Positions 38,722 to 50,349 of a DNA stretch of 64,000 nt are shown here, piece after piece. Below the pieces are notes generated by a model, which saw nothing but the letters and a program-made list of their open reading frames with translations, did not search any database and was not told the origin of the DNA. Position 1 is the stretch's first letter; the number at the start of each line of letters is the position of its first letter. The stretch lies in the NCBI GenBank assembly GCA_044892525.1, contig CM097885.1, positions 80,538,001 through 80,602,000 of the forward strand, in the 5' to 3' direction. The stretch comes from Schmidtea polychroa (Eukaryota). A program made the translations under genes and the position numbers.

Positions 38722-39470
38722 TCATTCCTTCCATTCCGTGGCGAGTAGCAACTCCTCTAAATCAAAGAACTCGGAGGCGTTCTCCTCCCAGGCTACACCG
38801 GCGGCTGATATAATTCGCGCGGGGGCCCCGATGGTCAAGTCTATCACCGCGGAACTGGTACTTCGGGTGGTCGGATCTTCCGCAGAGGCCTTATTCTGTC
38901 TGCTCAAGGTACGTTCGCGCTGTCTCCTTTTGCGCTCTGCACGAGATAATTGTTTGCGTTTAGGTTTGCCCGAAATTGCAGCTTGCTGAGGCGTGTGGAT
39001 GTGGATGTACTAGGAGTTGATGCCTTGCTAGTACCCGTGATGATAACATCTGGTCGCTTGGGCGACAGTTCTGTTTCGACGCAATCTCGACAGGATCTCT
39101 TGAGCGGCTGAGATGGATTTGAGGAGGTGTTATGATGATGCGGAAAGATATTATCGGCCTCTTTAATGGGGATCTGGACGATCTTTCGCGTGGTGGCTGC
39201 CTGTAGGTAGACCTTATGCAGCGCCTCGGACTGCTCTTTAATCAAGCTCCTTTGTGAACGACTCTCCGAGATGAGAGCGTCACGACAGTGTTCGCTGCGA
39301 TACAGCTTTTTCTGGGTCTCCTTCATCTGAGCGGGGCTGAACCAGGTGCCCTCCAACTCATCTATTTTCTTTTTGTAGCGCCCGATCTGGGCCTGCAGAT
39401 CCCTTATAATCGCATTTTTGTCCGCGCAGGAGAAGCATGGGCGTAAAACGGATTTGGCGGTTGGCAGCAT
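38722..39470 (-). pseudogene. 'TWFS' family copy D, restorable to ~248 aa by removing a 2-nt AC slip near 38995
   Basis: The 188-aa ORF continues in the adjacent frame as PQQAAISGKPKRKQLSRAERKRRQRER...AVIDLT...WEENASEFFDLEELLLATEWKE*. Confidence 0.62.
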
Positions 39471-42397
39471 GTTAGATGGCTATAAAAAGAAATTGAGATA
39501 ACTATATTTAAGAGATCGTTGATTGAGTACGGTATTCGTTCACCATCGCATATCTGGCAACAAGACGATTAGGATAGACGGGAAAAGAAAACTCCTCCCA
39601 GAACGATTTTATTACTACTACTAGGCTAATCATTTACCAAGACAATACCAATTCTACTACCTATATCACCGCATTGACGAATGCAAATAAATTACTAGCT
39701 TCAAAATTAAGAGGATTTATGAATTACTAAATTTATCTTTAAATGCTGGTTTTCAAAACGTGCCTAATTATTAAATATTACATTTGAGTGTCGTTTAAAA
39801 AATACCTTCAATTATTATTTAAAACGTTTTTCGTTATTATTTAAAATACTCTTATTTATTAATTCGAATGGCATTAACCATTACTTAAAAATTTCTTTTA
39901 ATTATCAGCGAGACTACTTTTGATTGTTATTTGCGATATTATTAGGATCCTTGGAAAATTGGGATCATTCTAGGTTTATATTCTCAATGTAAGAAATTTC
40001 GGACAATCTGTTCGTCACACTTTTATACTTATACTACATTCCTGCCATCACATAATACTATTGGCGGAAACGAGCGGAACGTGACTTAAAAATTCAAAAA
40101 TTAGTTAACCCTTACATTTTTAATAAAAATTGGGATGAGAAATCTTAAGTTAAATCGAAAAATTATCATATCTCGCAATAATTATTCCCACCTTTAATTA
40201 GTACCTGCACACCATCAAACTACTCTTTGTAACACTTTAAATGACTTGAATTTGGTTCACTTTGCAATCCTTATCTTGTAATTACCCATTTTCATGCATA
40301 TTCGACTATAAGAATTTTGCCATTGTCGATAACTAATTATCGAAATTTTTACTATCATATGTAGTGTTCGTCCACAATTTGTCTACTGTGTGAAAATTAT
40401 ACTGATGATAATCGTCTGATAGTGATCTGCTTCAACCTAGCTTGATGCTAAATTGCCACACAAACGCGTGTGAATTGGCGGCTTCCTACTGTGGTAAGTG
40501 AAGTGTGTTAGTGAATATTATCTCCGACGACGAGCATTCTAGTTAATCATGTGGTGGATTCTAATGCTATGCCTGGTGTTAGTTTGTGGGTGTTATCTCT
40601 TATCGATGTTCACAGATCGTGGCTCTCATCTACCATACTCCTCTACATGTGTGTTGTCTAGTGGAAATTCGGCTCTGCTTGTGCATATGATGTTGGAAAG
40701 ATATTTAGACTATTCTATCGTTTCTAATTATTTTTGGCTGGGCTGCGAAACTGGAATATTTTGTTTCGAATCGAAAATCCTTTACCTCCAGAGATCCACA
40801 AAACGCAAGATTCCCTTCTTACTACCTACTCAATCTCTGTAAGTCTTATTTCAGGACGGGAGGTACCCAATAAATCGCAGAAAATTGTTCTAGATCAGAT
40901 AATACAAATTGGTTTACGGGTATATTAAACAAGCCTTTTCCACACCTAGTCTTATGTTTTATTTGATTTTTATTTAATTATCGTCATTTAATGCTTGCAT
41001 GATTGTCACTAGGAAAACTATGGATTTCAATTTGCATCATGGTAATACAACTGGAGTTCGCACTCGGATTTTTAAGTCGTCATAACATTTCACCTAGCTT
41101 GAAGTTATCGATAGTGATAGTACGAAGATCTTGTAAGATAACGTTTAACCTCATAGAGTCATTGTGGAAACTTCCTCAGTCATTGTGAAGCATGTATCTC
41201 ACTTGTCTAAAATTCTCGGATATACTGATTCACCCTATATTCTGTCAATTTAGTAGAATTTGAGTCGCCTTGAGCGATAGGACCCGTGAGGAAGCCCCCA
41301 CTTTTCGGCCCAATACAGCTGCGTGATTGAAGAACCCCATGTCCACCGACTGAGCTCCCGAAGGCACCTCATACCATGACAGTAAGTTCCTCAACTCCAC
41401 GTTACTCGAAGATTTTAAAGTCATATCATACTTGTGCATATCATGAATCACAAAACATAAAAATATAAAACATAAAATTCCTAAAATGAAAATCATTTAT
41501 TGATGCCAATTTAATCCAAATCTACAAAATGTAATTTCATTCAGACATTACTTAAACGGAAATCAAATGAAGAAGAGACATTTTAATGTTAAATTAATTG
41601 TTTAATCATTAGGTAATACTTCATAATTACTTAATAAATCTTAAAAACCAATAAATCTCTCTTACTATGGTTCGAAAATTGATCGTGAGCTGAATCGAAA
41701 GTTATGATTTGAATTCCGGTAAAGTTTATCTATTAGTCCTTGATCCTGTTGTTTCTTTGAATATCGATGATTTTCTATTGAATAGTGTCCTTCGAATAGG
41801 TTCTATAGCAGTTTGAAGTTAAACAGTGAGTAATTTTAAACGTTACTTACCTATAGCAGTTTGAAGTTAAACCGTGAATATAATGAATTTCATGTCGGTT
41901 TATATAGTATTTTGTGCATGCCTGCGGACCAATCAGAGTTGAGTACCGCTTATTTTAATTAATATAATTTCCTTTTCTTATTTTCGATTATTTCTTCTTA
42001 CTTTCTTATTTTTTATTATATTTTTTTTATTTATTCCTTTAACTTCCTCTATTTATTAAATTTTTCATCATTTTGTTTGTTAATCTATTTTCCTATTTTA
42101 ATTTCTTATTTTATTATTTTGTTTTCATTCTTACTTTTTAATTATTGTTTTTCTTATTTCTTATTCTGTTTTTTATTTTTTAAATTGTTTATTTTATCTT
42201 AATATCTTATTTCTCTTACTTTCCCTATTTTCTGCGTTTAAGCTTTCGATTCAGTCCAACACCAGCATAAATTTATTTCAAAGTAAACAAAGAAAATTTT
42301 TATTTTTGTATTAATATTAATAAAAAAAACAAACAAAACAAATTCAATATTTAAAAAAAGATAATATAAAAATAAAAATTACTATATAAATAAAAAT

Positions 42398-44340
42398 TTA
42401 TGTTTGCTTTTTGAAGAAGCTTCTTAGCATACACAAATTGTCCAATGTAGTATCATTAAGTCTTGACCTAATTTTTGTTGAAAATGCTCCAGCGGCGGAA
42501 AAGGCTCTCTCTGCTTCAACACTTGTTGGGAGAATACACAACAAGTTTTTGTAAATTATTTCCAAAAATGGTCCACGAGATCCACCTTCGTCCCAAAATT
42601 TTAATTCATTTCGAATCGCAGATTGAATTGATGTTTTTTTTAAAATTCTTGTTGTCGGCTGTAAAAGTGACTGCTGGATTTTTTGCTGCAACAATTTCTG
42701 TAAGGAGGGCTGCGTTTCACTTTCAAAAAATTCGTTGGGTTCAAATACTAAATCAGAATCAGACTCGGAATCCGTTGAATCAACTTCAGCAGTAATTTCA
42801 TCATTAAGTCGCTGGGCCAGTAATAGAATAATTTTATTTATTTCTGTTTTCGAGTGACCGGAAATGCTCTTGTGAATTTTTGTTTTGCCACCATTATGCA
42901 AATATTGTAGCACATCAGATAAAATAGTTCTTCTCCGATTGAACTGGAGTTCTATCTCTTTTTTCAATTCAAGGGCAAATTCGTCATTCTCACTAAAATT
43001 TTGTAACATAAACGTAAATGTTGCATCCGCAGAAATTAAATTAGCATCTGCACGGCATAAGGCGTCTACGGCTAATTTTTCTGGCATTAAATTTTTAGAT
43101 ATTCGTGATACCGAATCCCATTCTGATTCATATAAAATTATGTCCGTTTTAATGTCAATTAGTGCTTTTTTAATGAAGTTTTCAAAATATTAAAACGCTC
43201 TAACATAGACAACATGCTATTCCATCTAGTTTTCGAATCTAACACAAGCTGTAATTCTTTTTTATGATCTTGCTTCACCTATTTTTGAAGCACTTCATTT
43301 TTCAAAGGAGAACGACGAAAAGTTTTAACAATTTTCCGAACTTTTGTGATTAATGCTCGTAGTTGAAAGTTTTCAGTGGTTTCCATAACATCAGTTTCAA
43401 TTCCCATATTTACCAGCATTCCATTGTCATCATCCTCATCATCAGTAAGATTTTCTTCATCTAACTCAAAGTTCGGTTCATTTTCATTATTGTCCTGCTC
43501 TACTTCGTTTTCTGTTGCATTATCTACTAAATCCAACGTTTGCTTTTTATAGAGCAAAAATTTTATATGAGCAAAACATAAAATTTGTTCGCAGGGTAAC
43601 AATCTACCAACTTTTTGCATCATGGAGGCACCATCTGTAACAATGCATAAAATATCATTTCCAATATTTAATTGGCATGATTCAAGCTTTTTTTCCAGCA
43701 ATTTTATACAATCTTCAGGCGCTAATCGGCCATTAATACGAGCCAATCCCAAATTCCAGACCCGATCTCCTGATCCATGCACGTTAATTCATAAAACGTC
43801 TGTTTCGAGAAGAAGTCCATTCGTCATGTGTCAGACTGAAACGTACGTTTCTGTTTTTTTAGGAAATAATTCCCGAAATTATCGACTGCCGAATTTTTCT
43901 GCTTTAATCCATCACGACTTTTTGTATACTGGTAGGTGATTTCGGAATATCGAAAAATCCCCGCGTTCGTAAACATTTTCTTAAATCGTCTGAACTACAA
44001 AATATGCGAAACTGTAATCCGTCTGAAGCTACCATTCGAGATATTACTGCAGCAAAACTTTCGTCTACTTTTGAAATATAAAAATCTTTAATCGTTTTGA
44101 TTTTTGTAGCTAAATCTCCGGTATTCGCACCAGCAGCATCCGTATCATCAATTTTTCGTTTATTTAAAATCTTGTTATGTTTAGTCCGCAAATGGGTTTG
44201 CATGGGTGTCGTACACCCACCCAATATCTTTAAAACCTGCCTACATTGTGTACATTTCGCCACTTGAGTTTTGACTCCACACCGAATTTGAAGTACTCTC
44301 TTTGGAGACATCTATAAAAATTTCGTCTTGCTTATCCGCC
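42398..44340 (-). pseudogene. hAT transposase with BED finger (frameshifted)
   Basis: AKCTQC...MQTHLRTKH, DEWTS, LGLARING, IVTDGASMM, SRWNSM, LPTSVEAERAFSAAG...RSRLNDTTLDNLCMLRSFF. Confidence 0.92.
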
Positions 44341-45029
44341 ATCCTTGGGATTAGAAATATTTACACAAGAAATATATGAAATTTTGAAACTAATAAAACC
44401 TACCTATATCAAATGCTACCGTGAAGAATTGAACTTGAATGGTTAATTAAATATTTATATTATTAAAATAAAATGTAATGATTTACTGATTACTAAATTT
44501 AATATTAAATATTAGACAGGAGGACGTTATTAAAATGATAATGATTTACTGTTTATTTATACTAAATTTACTATTACACTTAAATATAACATATAACACA
44601 ACACAACACAGGAAAAAACATTTCTATTATCATATGATTTCACAAAAAATTTAAATGTCAAAACGAATAACATTATTTTTATTTCTCATGGCAAACTGTT
44701 TGTATTTTTATTTAAAAATAAATCGTTACAATATAGTTTTTTTGTATATTTTTTTGTCAGTCGCTGGAGTTCCGTGTAATTTGTTAAAAAGCAAAAAAAA
44801 TATTTAAATGCGAATAATCCGGAATTCGATTCATTTCAATTCCGGAATTTCGAATTTTTAAAAAACAAGGCGGAATTTCGGAATTTCGAAATCCGGATTT
44901 GGATTCCCTAGATTGGATGATGAATTATTTATCGCAAATTCCTGGCGATTGGATATTTTGATTTTATTTTTATAACCTCTTTTCCGAACTCACTCATAAA
45001 ACCATTCAATTTGGCACAACTTTTTGATA

Positions 45030-45915
45030 CTCTCCCTCAAATGCTCATATCCTTCAGCGCTTTACATCTCGTCAAGACTAATTCTCTACGAAGCCAGCAT
45101 ATCATCCCCAATCACTAAACAATTTAATTAATTATTGTAAAGTGAGTTTTCACACATTTACAGAGCACTCAGTGATTACTAGATAAATCAAACCACATCA
45201 GATAAGTTTGCATGAATATCTCAAAATAATAAACATTATTTGTATGTTATTGTTTGTGAGTACCAGCACGAGTTTTAGGTGATTCTCATTCATTTCTGAT
45301 TCTGTGGGCCGTCCAATACTAATTAACTTTTCCGAACCATAAACTCCCTGTGCTCCTTGCCTCAATTTTTAAAATAAGACTCAATAAAAAACTTCATGAA
45401 ATATCAACAAGTTTCGAACAAATTTTTGAATACATATCTTTCGCTTTGCACTCTTAACATTTTCTATCTGAACATACAAATTTCGCCGAGAATACGTCAA
45501 TTTTGACTTTTCAAATTTTTATTAATTTGTAATTTTTATAGGCTTTGACATTTTATTGATTTGCAAATGTAAAATTTTGCACATTCACCTTTATTCGGAA
45601 CTATTTTATACGAAACTCAACATATCTCAACCTTTTTTGTAAGATTCGTCCTTGACTATTCTAATTTATTTTCTTATATATAATTATATGCTTACTTTTG
45701 GTGATTACTAATATTAATAATATTAATGTTAATAATGATAATAATATTAATAATTGGTGTTAATTATTGTACTGGGTTTTCAGCAATTTACAGAGCACAC
45801 AGTGATTACTAAATAAATCAAATAAGATGAGATAAGTTTGTATAAACATCTAAAAACAATAAACATTTTCTACAAGTTATTGTTGGTGAGTACCAGTACG
45901 AGTTTCGGGTGATTT
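45030..45915 (-). pseudogene. locally duplicated, decayed LRR-like segments
   Basis: ~45160-45290 and ~45790-45915 are direct duplicates. Minus-strand pieces read LVLTNNNIQ and LMWFDLSSNH. Confidence 0.28.
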
Positions 45916-48285
45916 TTTTTGTTTCTGATTCTGTGGGTCGTCAGGACAGAAGTAATTATTTCATCAGCCTTTGCTCATTATAAATAAATAGTCATGGCGA
46001 TGGCTCTTATTGAGCCTTTCTAATTTGATTTGAGCATTTGACTCGATATAGTTTAAAAAATTTTAATTTGTATTGGAATGTCAGTTCCCAACTAATGAGT
46101 TTGCGTATTTGTCTCGTTTGTTCCTTATCGTTTTTTCCATTTCTTTTTTGCAGGGAGATTTCTCTAATTTTTTATTTTTAAAAAATCATCCGGTATTTTA
46201 TTTAAAGTGCTCAAACCTTTAGATTGAATTGAACGATATGCTTTTAATTATTGAAGCACAATTGTGTGTTTAAGTAATACTATTTGAAAATGGTAAGAAA
46301 AAATGCATTTAAAGTTTCATTCAATTGAAAAAATCAAGTTAGTTGTTGTCTAACATGAATGAAATTAAATAATGAAACACTATAAATTGAATAATTAATA
46401 TTATTAAATGAAATATTAACACTATTCAATACAAAGGTTATACTAATAAATGAAAACTCCTATATTTACTCATTGACTAACTTAGATTTGCATTTTAAAA
46501 TAAATGAACTTATTTCGATTTCAAATCTCATAATTCAAAATTAAAACTAATTATTAATGTCCATATTTATCAATTATCGGAATCACAGTTATAAATCACA
46601 AATGTGATGTAACTGTTAAAATAATGTACATATCCTATAAAAAATAAAATTTTAATGTACTGTAAAATAAAAAAATCAATGAAAAAATTGATCTAAAGAT
46701 TGAAAAAATTGTTTTATCATTTAGAATTATAATCGAAAAATACAGAAAGTTTTAGCAAATATCAAAACCAAATAATTCTGTAAAGACTTATTTATCCCAA
46801 CATTAATTACTCAGTTGAAAAATGTACATTAGATATTTTATTTACTTTAATTTGTTTGGAGTATCTTTCAACACTTTCTCAGGCCAATTTACGACTGGAA
46901 TATAAATTCATTATTGAAAAAAATCATTATTGAGCCTAGATTCCAAAAAGGCTGAAAAATTTTTAATAACTCTGTTGTGATCTCAAAATATGAGATTATT
47001 TCATCGTGCGCTAGTTAACTATACAAATATATCACAATATAAAAACAAATGTGTATTTATTTATAAAACAAAATTACCAATTAAAAAATCAAAATCTACA
47101 AAATTTCTTTCGAATTTACAATTCACAAATTCAATATTTTCAAAATGAACTATATCCAAATTAATGCTTGCTATGTAAATGTGTGATTGTTATACTTGTG
47201 TTACTTGCCGAAGTTTTCGATATGTCTAATTCAAAGGTACAATATTGTGATTCCAACGATTGTGTATAAAGTGTTGGGCTGAAACTGAGAACTGAGAGTT
47301 TGTTTTAATCGATCGAAAATACCTAACACAAAAACCGCAAAGTTGAAAAAATTTATGATCAAGGTTTAATATAAAATAAATAAAATAAGTTACATCACAC
47401 ATTAAGAATCAATAAACCCCGTATAATAGAATAAAGAGATAAATAAATTTAACAGAAAAATTCAACACTTAAAAATTTCGATAGAAAAATAATAAAATGT
47501 AAAATAGAATTATTTGAAAATTATTTAAACGATATAAAAATTAAATCGTCAAAATAATAAAATTAGTTAGCATTATGTAAATTGTAAAGTTTATAGAATT
47601 AAATGGTTATGCAACTTATTAAATTTAAAGAATAAAAGTGTTTAAATTAATAAAAATTAAATAATTAATTAATGAAATTAATGAAATTAAAAATAAATAA
47701 ATAATTGCACACACTCATGCATGTATGCAAAATTAATTCAAGATTTCTCGCACTCTAATTGGATAGAGTGGCAGAGAATGCATGAATGCGCATTCAAAAT
47801 CAGTATAAATATTGATTACAAATTCATTTGAAAAAACTTTTTTTCAACACCACAACTTAATTTGCAGACAGTAAAGCTCTCATTTTTCGATTTTATGCCA
47901 TCGTGGATTTGGTAATTTATTTTTTTATTGTAATTTTTACGAAATGATTTAATTTAATAAATTTTACATGCAATTAATTTTTTTTAGTTAAATTTTCTTT
48001 TGTTGTCCTTTTTAATTGTTTAATTTCATTTAGTTTTAAGTTTTAAATAATAATTTTTATTCGGTTCAACTTTTACGTTAATTAATTTTGAATAGTAGTT
48101 ATAGTGGAACTGGAATCCAGTAGGCCACAGCATTAAGGGACACTAGTTGTTCCTATTGCGAGTAGGTCAGCTGGCTTTTCAGATTCACACGGATTGATCG
48201 GGCCATAACGAGGGGGTTTCTCCCCTGGTCTGTCTCCGTAAGTATTTTCTAGTCGGAAATAGGTTAGGACTAAGAATACAGGCAG

Positions 48286-48470
48286 ATCCCTGCTCAAATT
48301 TTTTGAAGGACAATTTAAATATTATGGGAAGTGTGGATTAACTTGGAAATAAGGGGTGATCCCTGCTCAAATTTTTTGCGAGATATGTTAAATATTCATA
48401 AATATCAAGAAAAATACCTAGCAACCTTTATTAATAGAAAAATAAGGGTGCATCCCTGCACAAAATTTTG
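48286..48470. repeat. three dispersed copies of ATCCCTGC(T/A)CAAA(A/T)TTTT
   Basis: Copies near 48286, 48359 and 48452, directly upstream of the motif-bearing segment. Confidence 0.7.
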
Positions 48471-48499
48471 AAAGGAAACAATAGAAAACATCTAGAAAT

Positions 48500-48760
48500 G
48501 AGGACCATAGCCGAATGAGATAGAAAAGTAGAAATAGAAAATGATCGATGACGTAAGACCTTCTATCGGCCGTCTAGAACCCGAAGAGAAAATACAATGG
48601 GGAGTAGTTTTAGCAATAGAGCTCACCTGCTCATTGTTTTTTCGCCTTTGTGTACAGTACCAACATGGTCGTCGCCATGGGCACACAAATGGTTTAAAGA
48701 ACAATAGTCGTGGAGGTGCTTAGGAAAGAGTCGAGTGAATACCTATGATTACCCCTAACG
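48500..48760 (+). mobile_element. LTR-like fragment with complete structured motif
   Basis: Motif at 48550-48687 is colinear with 38322-38462 (inverted). Ends ACCCCTAACG. Confidence 0.5.
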
Positions 48761-50349
48761 TATTTAAAATTTAAAATGACACACCCCTAAGTAACCAACA
48801 AAAGTAATATTTTTAATGTAATATAAATAATTTAATTTATGAAAAATTTATTTCTATTATAAATATATTATAATTGATAGACTACTTCTATTACATATTT
48901 ATTAAATATTTATTATCAATTTATTGATTTTCAAAATTATAATCAATAGAAATATAATAATATAATAATAATAAATCTTCAGTTTATTGTTTTACTCAAT
49001 TATCTGTTTATTTATTATAATGAAAACCTGTTCCTGTCTTCATATATTCAATTCACATATCAAGATAAAAATTAAGGATATCGATGATTTACAATTCATT
49101 CTAGATAAAACAAATGCTAAAATCTAATGTTAAATTGAATTGGAACTTTGGATTTGTATTGGTTGGGCTGTGAATTTGGATGTTCAATTGGTTCTCTACA
49201 TATGTATGGTTACGGTATTTATTGTGTCCCATTATTTAGTCCTTTGTCAATATGAATGTTTCAGTGGTTCTTACTCTGTCATTCAACATTCTTCCGATGG
49301 TCGTCGAGGTGATGTTTTCCTTATCTTTTCACTCAACACTAGTTCGATTTCGCAATTGTGAAGGTCTCACAATATACGATTGTTTCGATGTCCACTAGGT
49401 ATTTAAATAAATAAATGAAAAAAAATTATTGAAACAAATATTTAGCAGTAGTTTCTAATTTATTGATAATCGATAATGTAGATGAACTATTTAACTTGCG
49501 AGTGTCAACAATTTATATCAGTACTGTCCGAACAGTTATTTTGTTTGAACTTTTTGACGACTAATCAAACAATCACAATTTATTCATCCTATTAAAAATA
49601 TTTTATGTCATTATTTTTCAATAAAATTTTTCAATGTTTTTGTTTAATTTTTTACTTCGACTTATACGCGAGTATTTACGGTAAATATTCCGTTCATTTT
49701 GAGGCATAGTGAAAATTTTCTTAGGTTGTTTTCTTAGTTTTTAATTTTCTATATTGATTCTTTTTATTAATTTATTTTTTTGTAATTCTCTATAGTAATT
49801 ATTTAATATATAGAACTACGCTATATAGTTTTATTAATTATTTTTTTAGTAAAATTAACATAAAAAAATAATTATACATTGCAAATTCTATCTACAATTT
49901 CATAATTACAACAAAAGAAAATGTAACAATACACTACAATAATGCTTATAATTAAAATAATAATAACAATAATAATAACAATACCAATAATAATAATTTT
50001 GTTCATAATGACAATGATGTTAATGATTAAATATTAATAAAAATAATAATAATAATAATTAATCGGCAATTTTTTCCTTTAAAATAAATAAATTTTGATT
50101 CTGGGAATTTTTGCCAAAGCGACAATTAATTTTATTCATTATCATTACCAATATATGAAGAGTTAAACGTTTTCAGTGGACATGTTAAAGATATGGAGAT
50201 GGCTTGAGTTATAAATAATGTGATCAGAAAATTTATTTTTAGATGAAAAAACATTGAACATTAAGATCAAGATCGGAAGAGTTGACTAACATTGACTATT
50301 TTAATTATCGCTATTATCATGGATAATGCTAATGAATTTTATGGGTGGC

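Larger units (their letters stand above)
38067..44910 (-). mobile_element. full-length hAT element carrying ~4 kb of nested DNA
   Basis: TIR TAGGGAATCCA/TGGATTCCCTA, perfect 8-bp TSD GATTGGAT (38059-38066 and 44911-44918), and ATTCCGGAAT subterminal repeats at both ends. Confidence 0.92.

Noticed and set aside
48120-48215. CPEB3/HDV-like ribozyme (GGCCACAGCA...CAGATTC)
   Set aside because: Could not build P1/P2/P3/P1.1 pairings; likely chance similarity.
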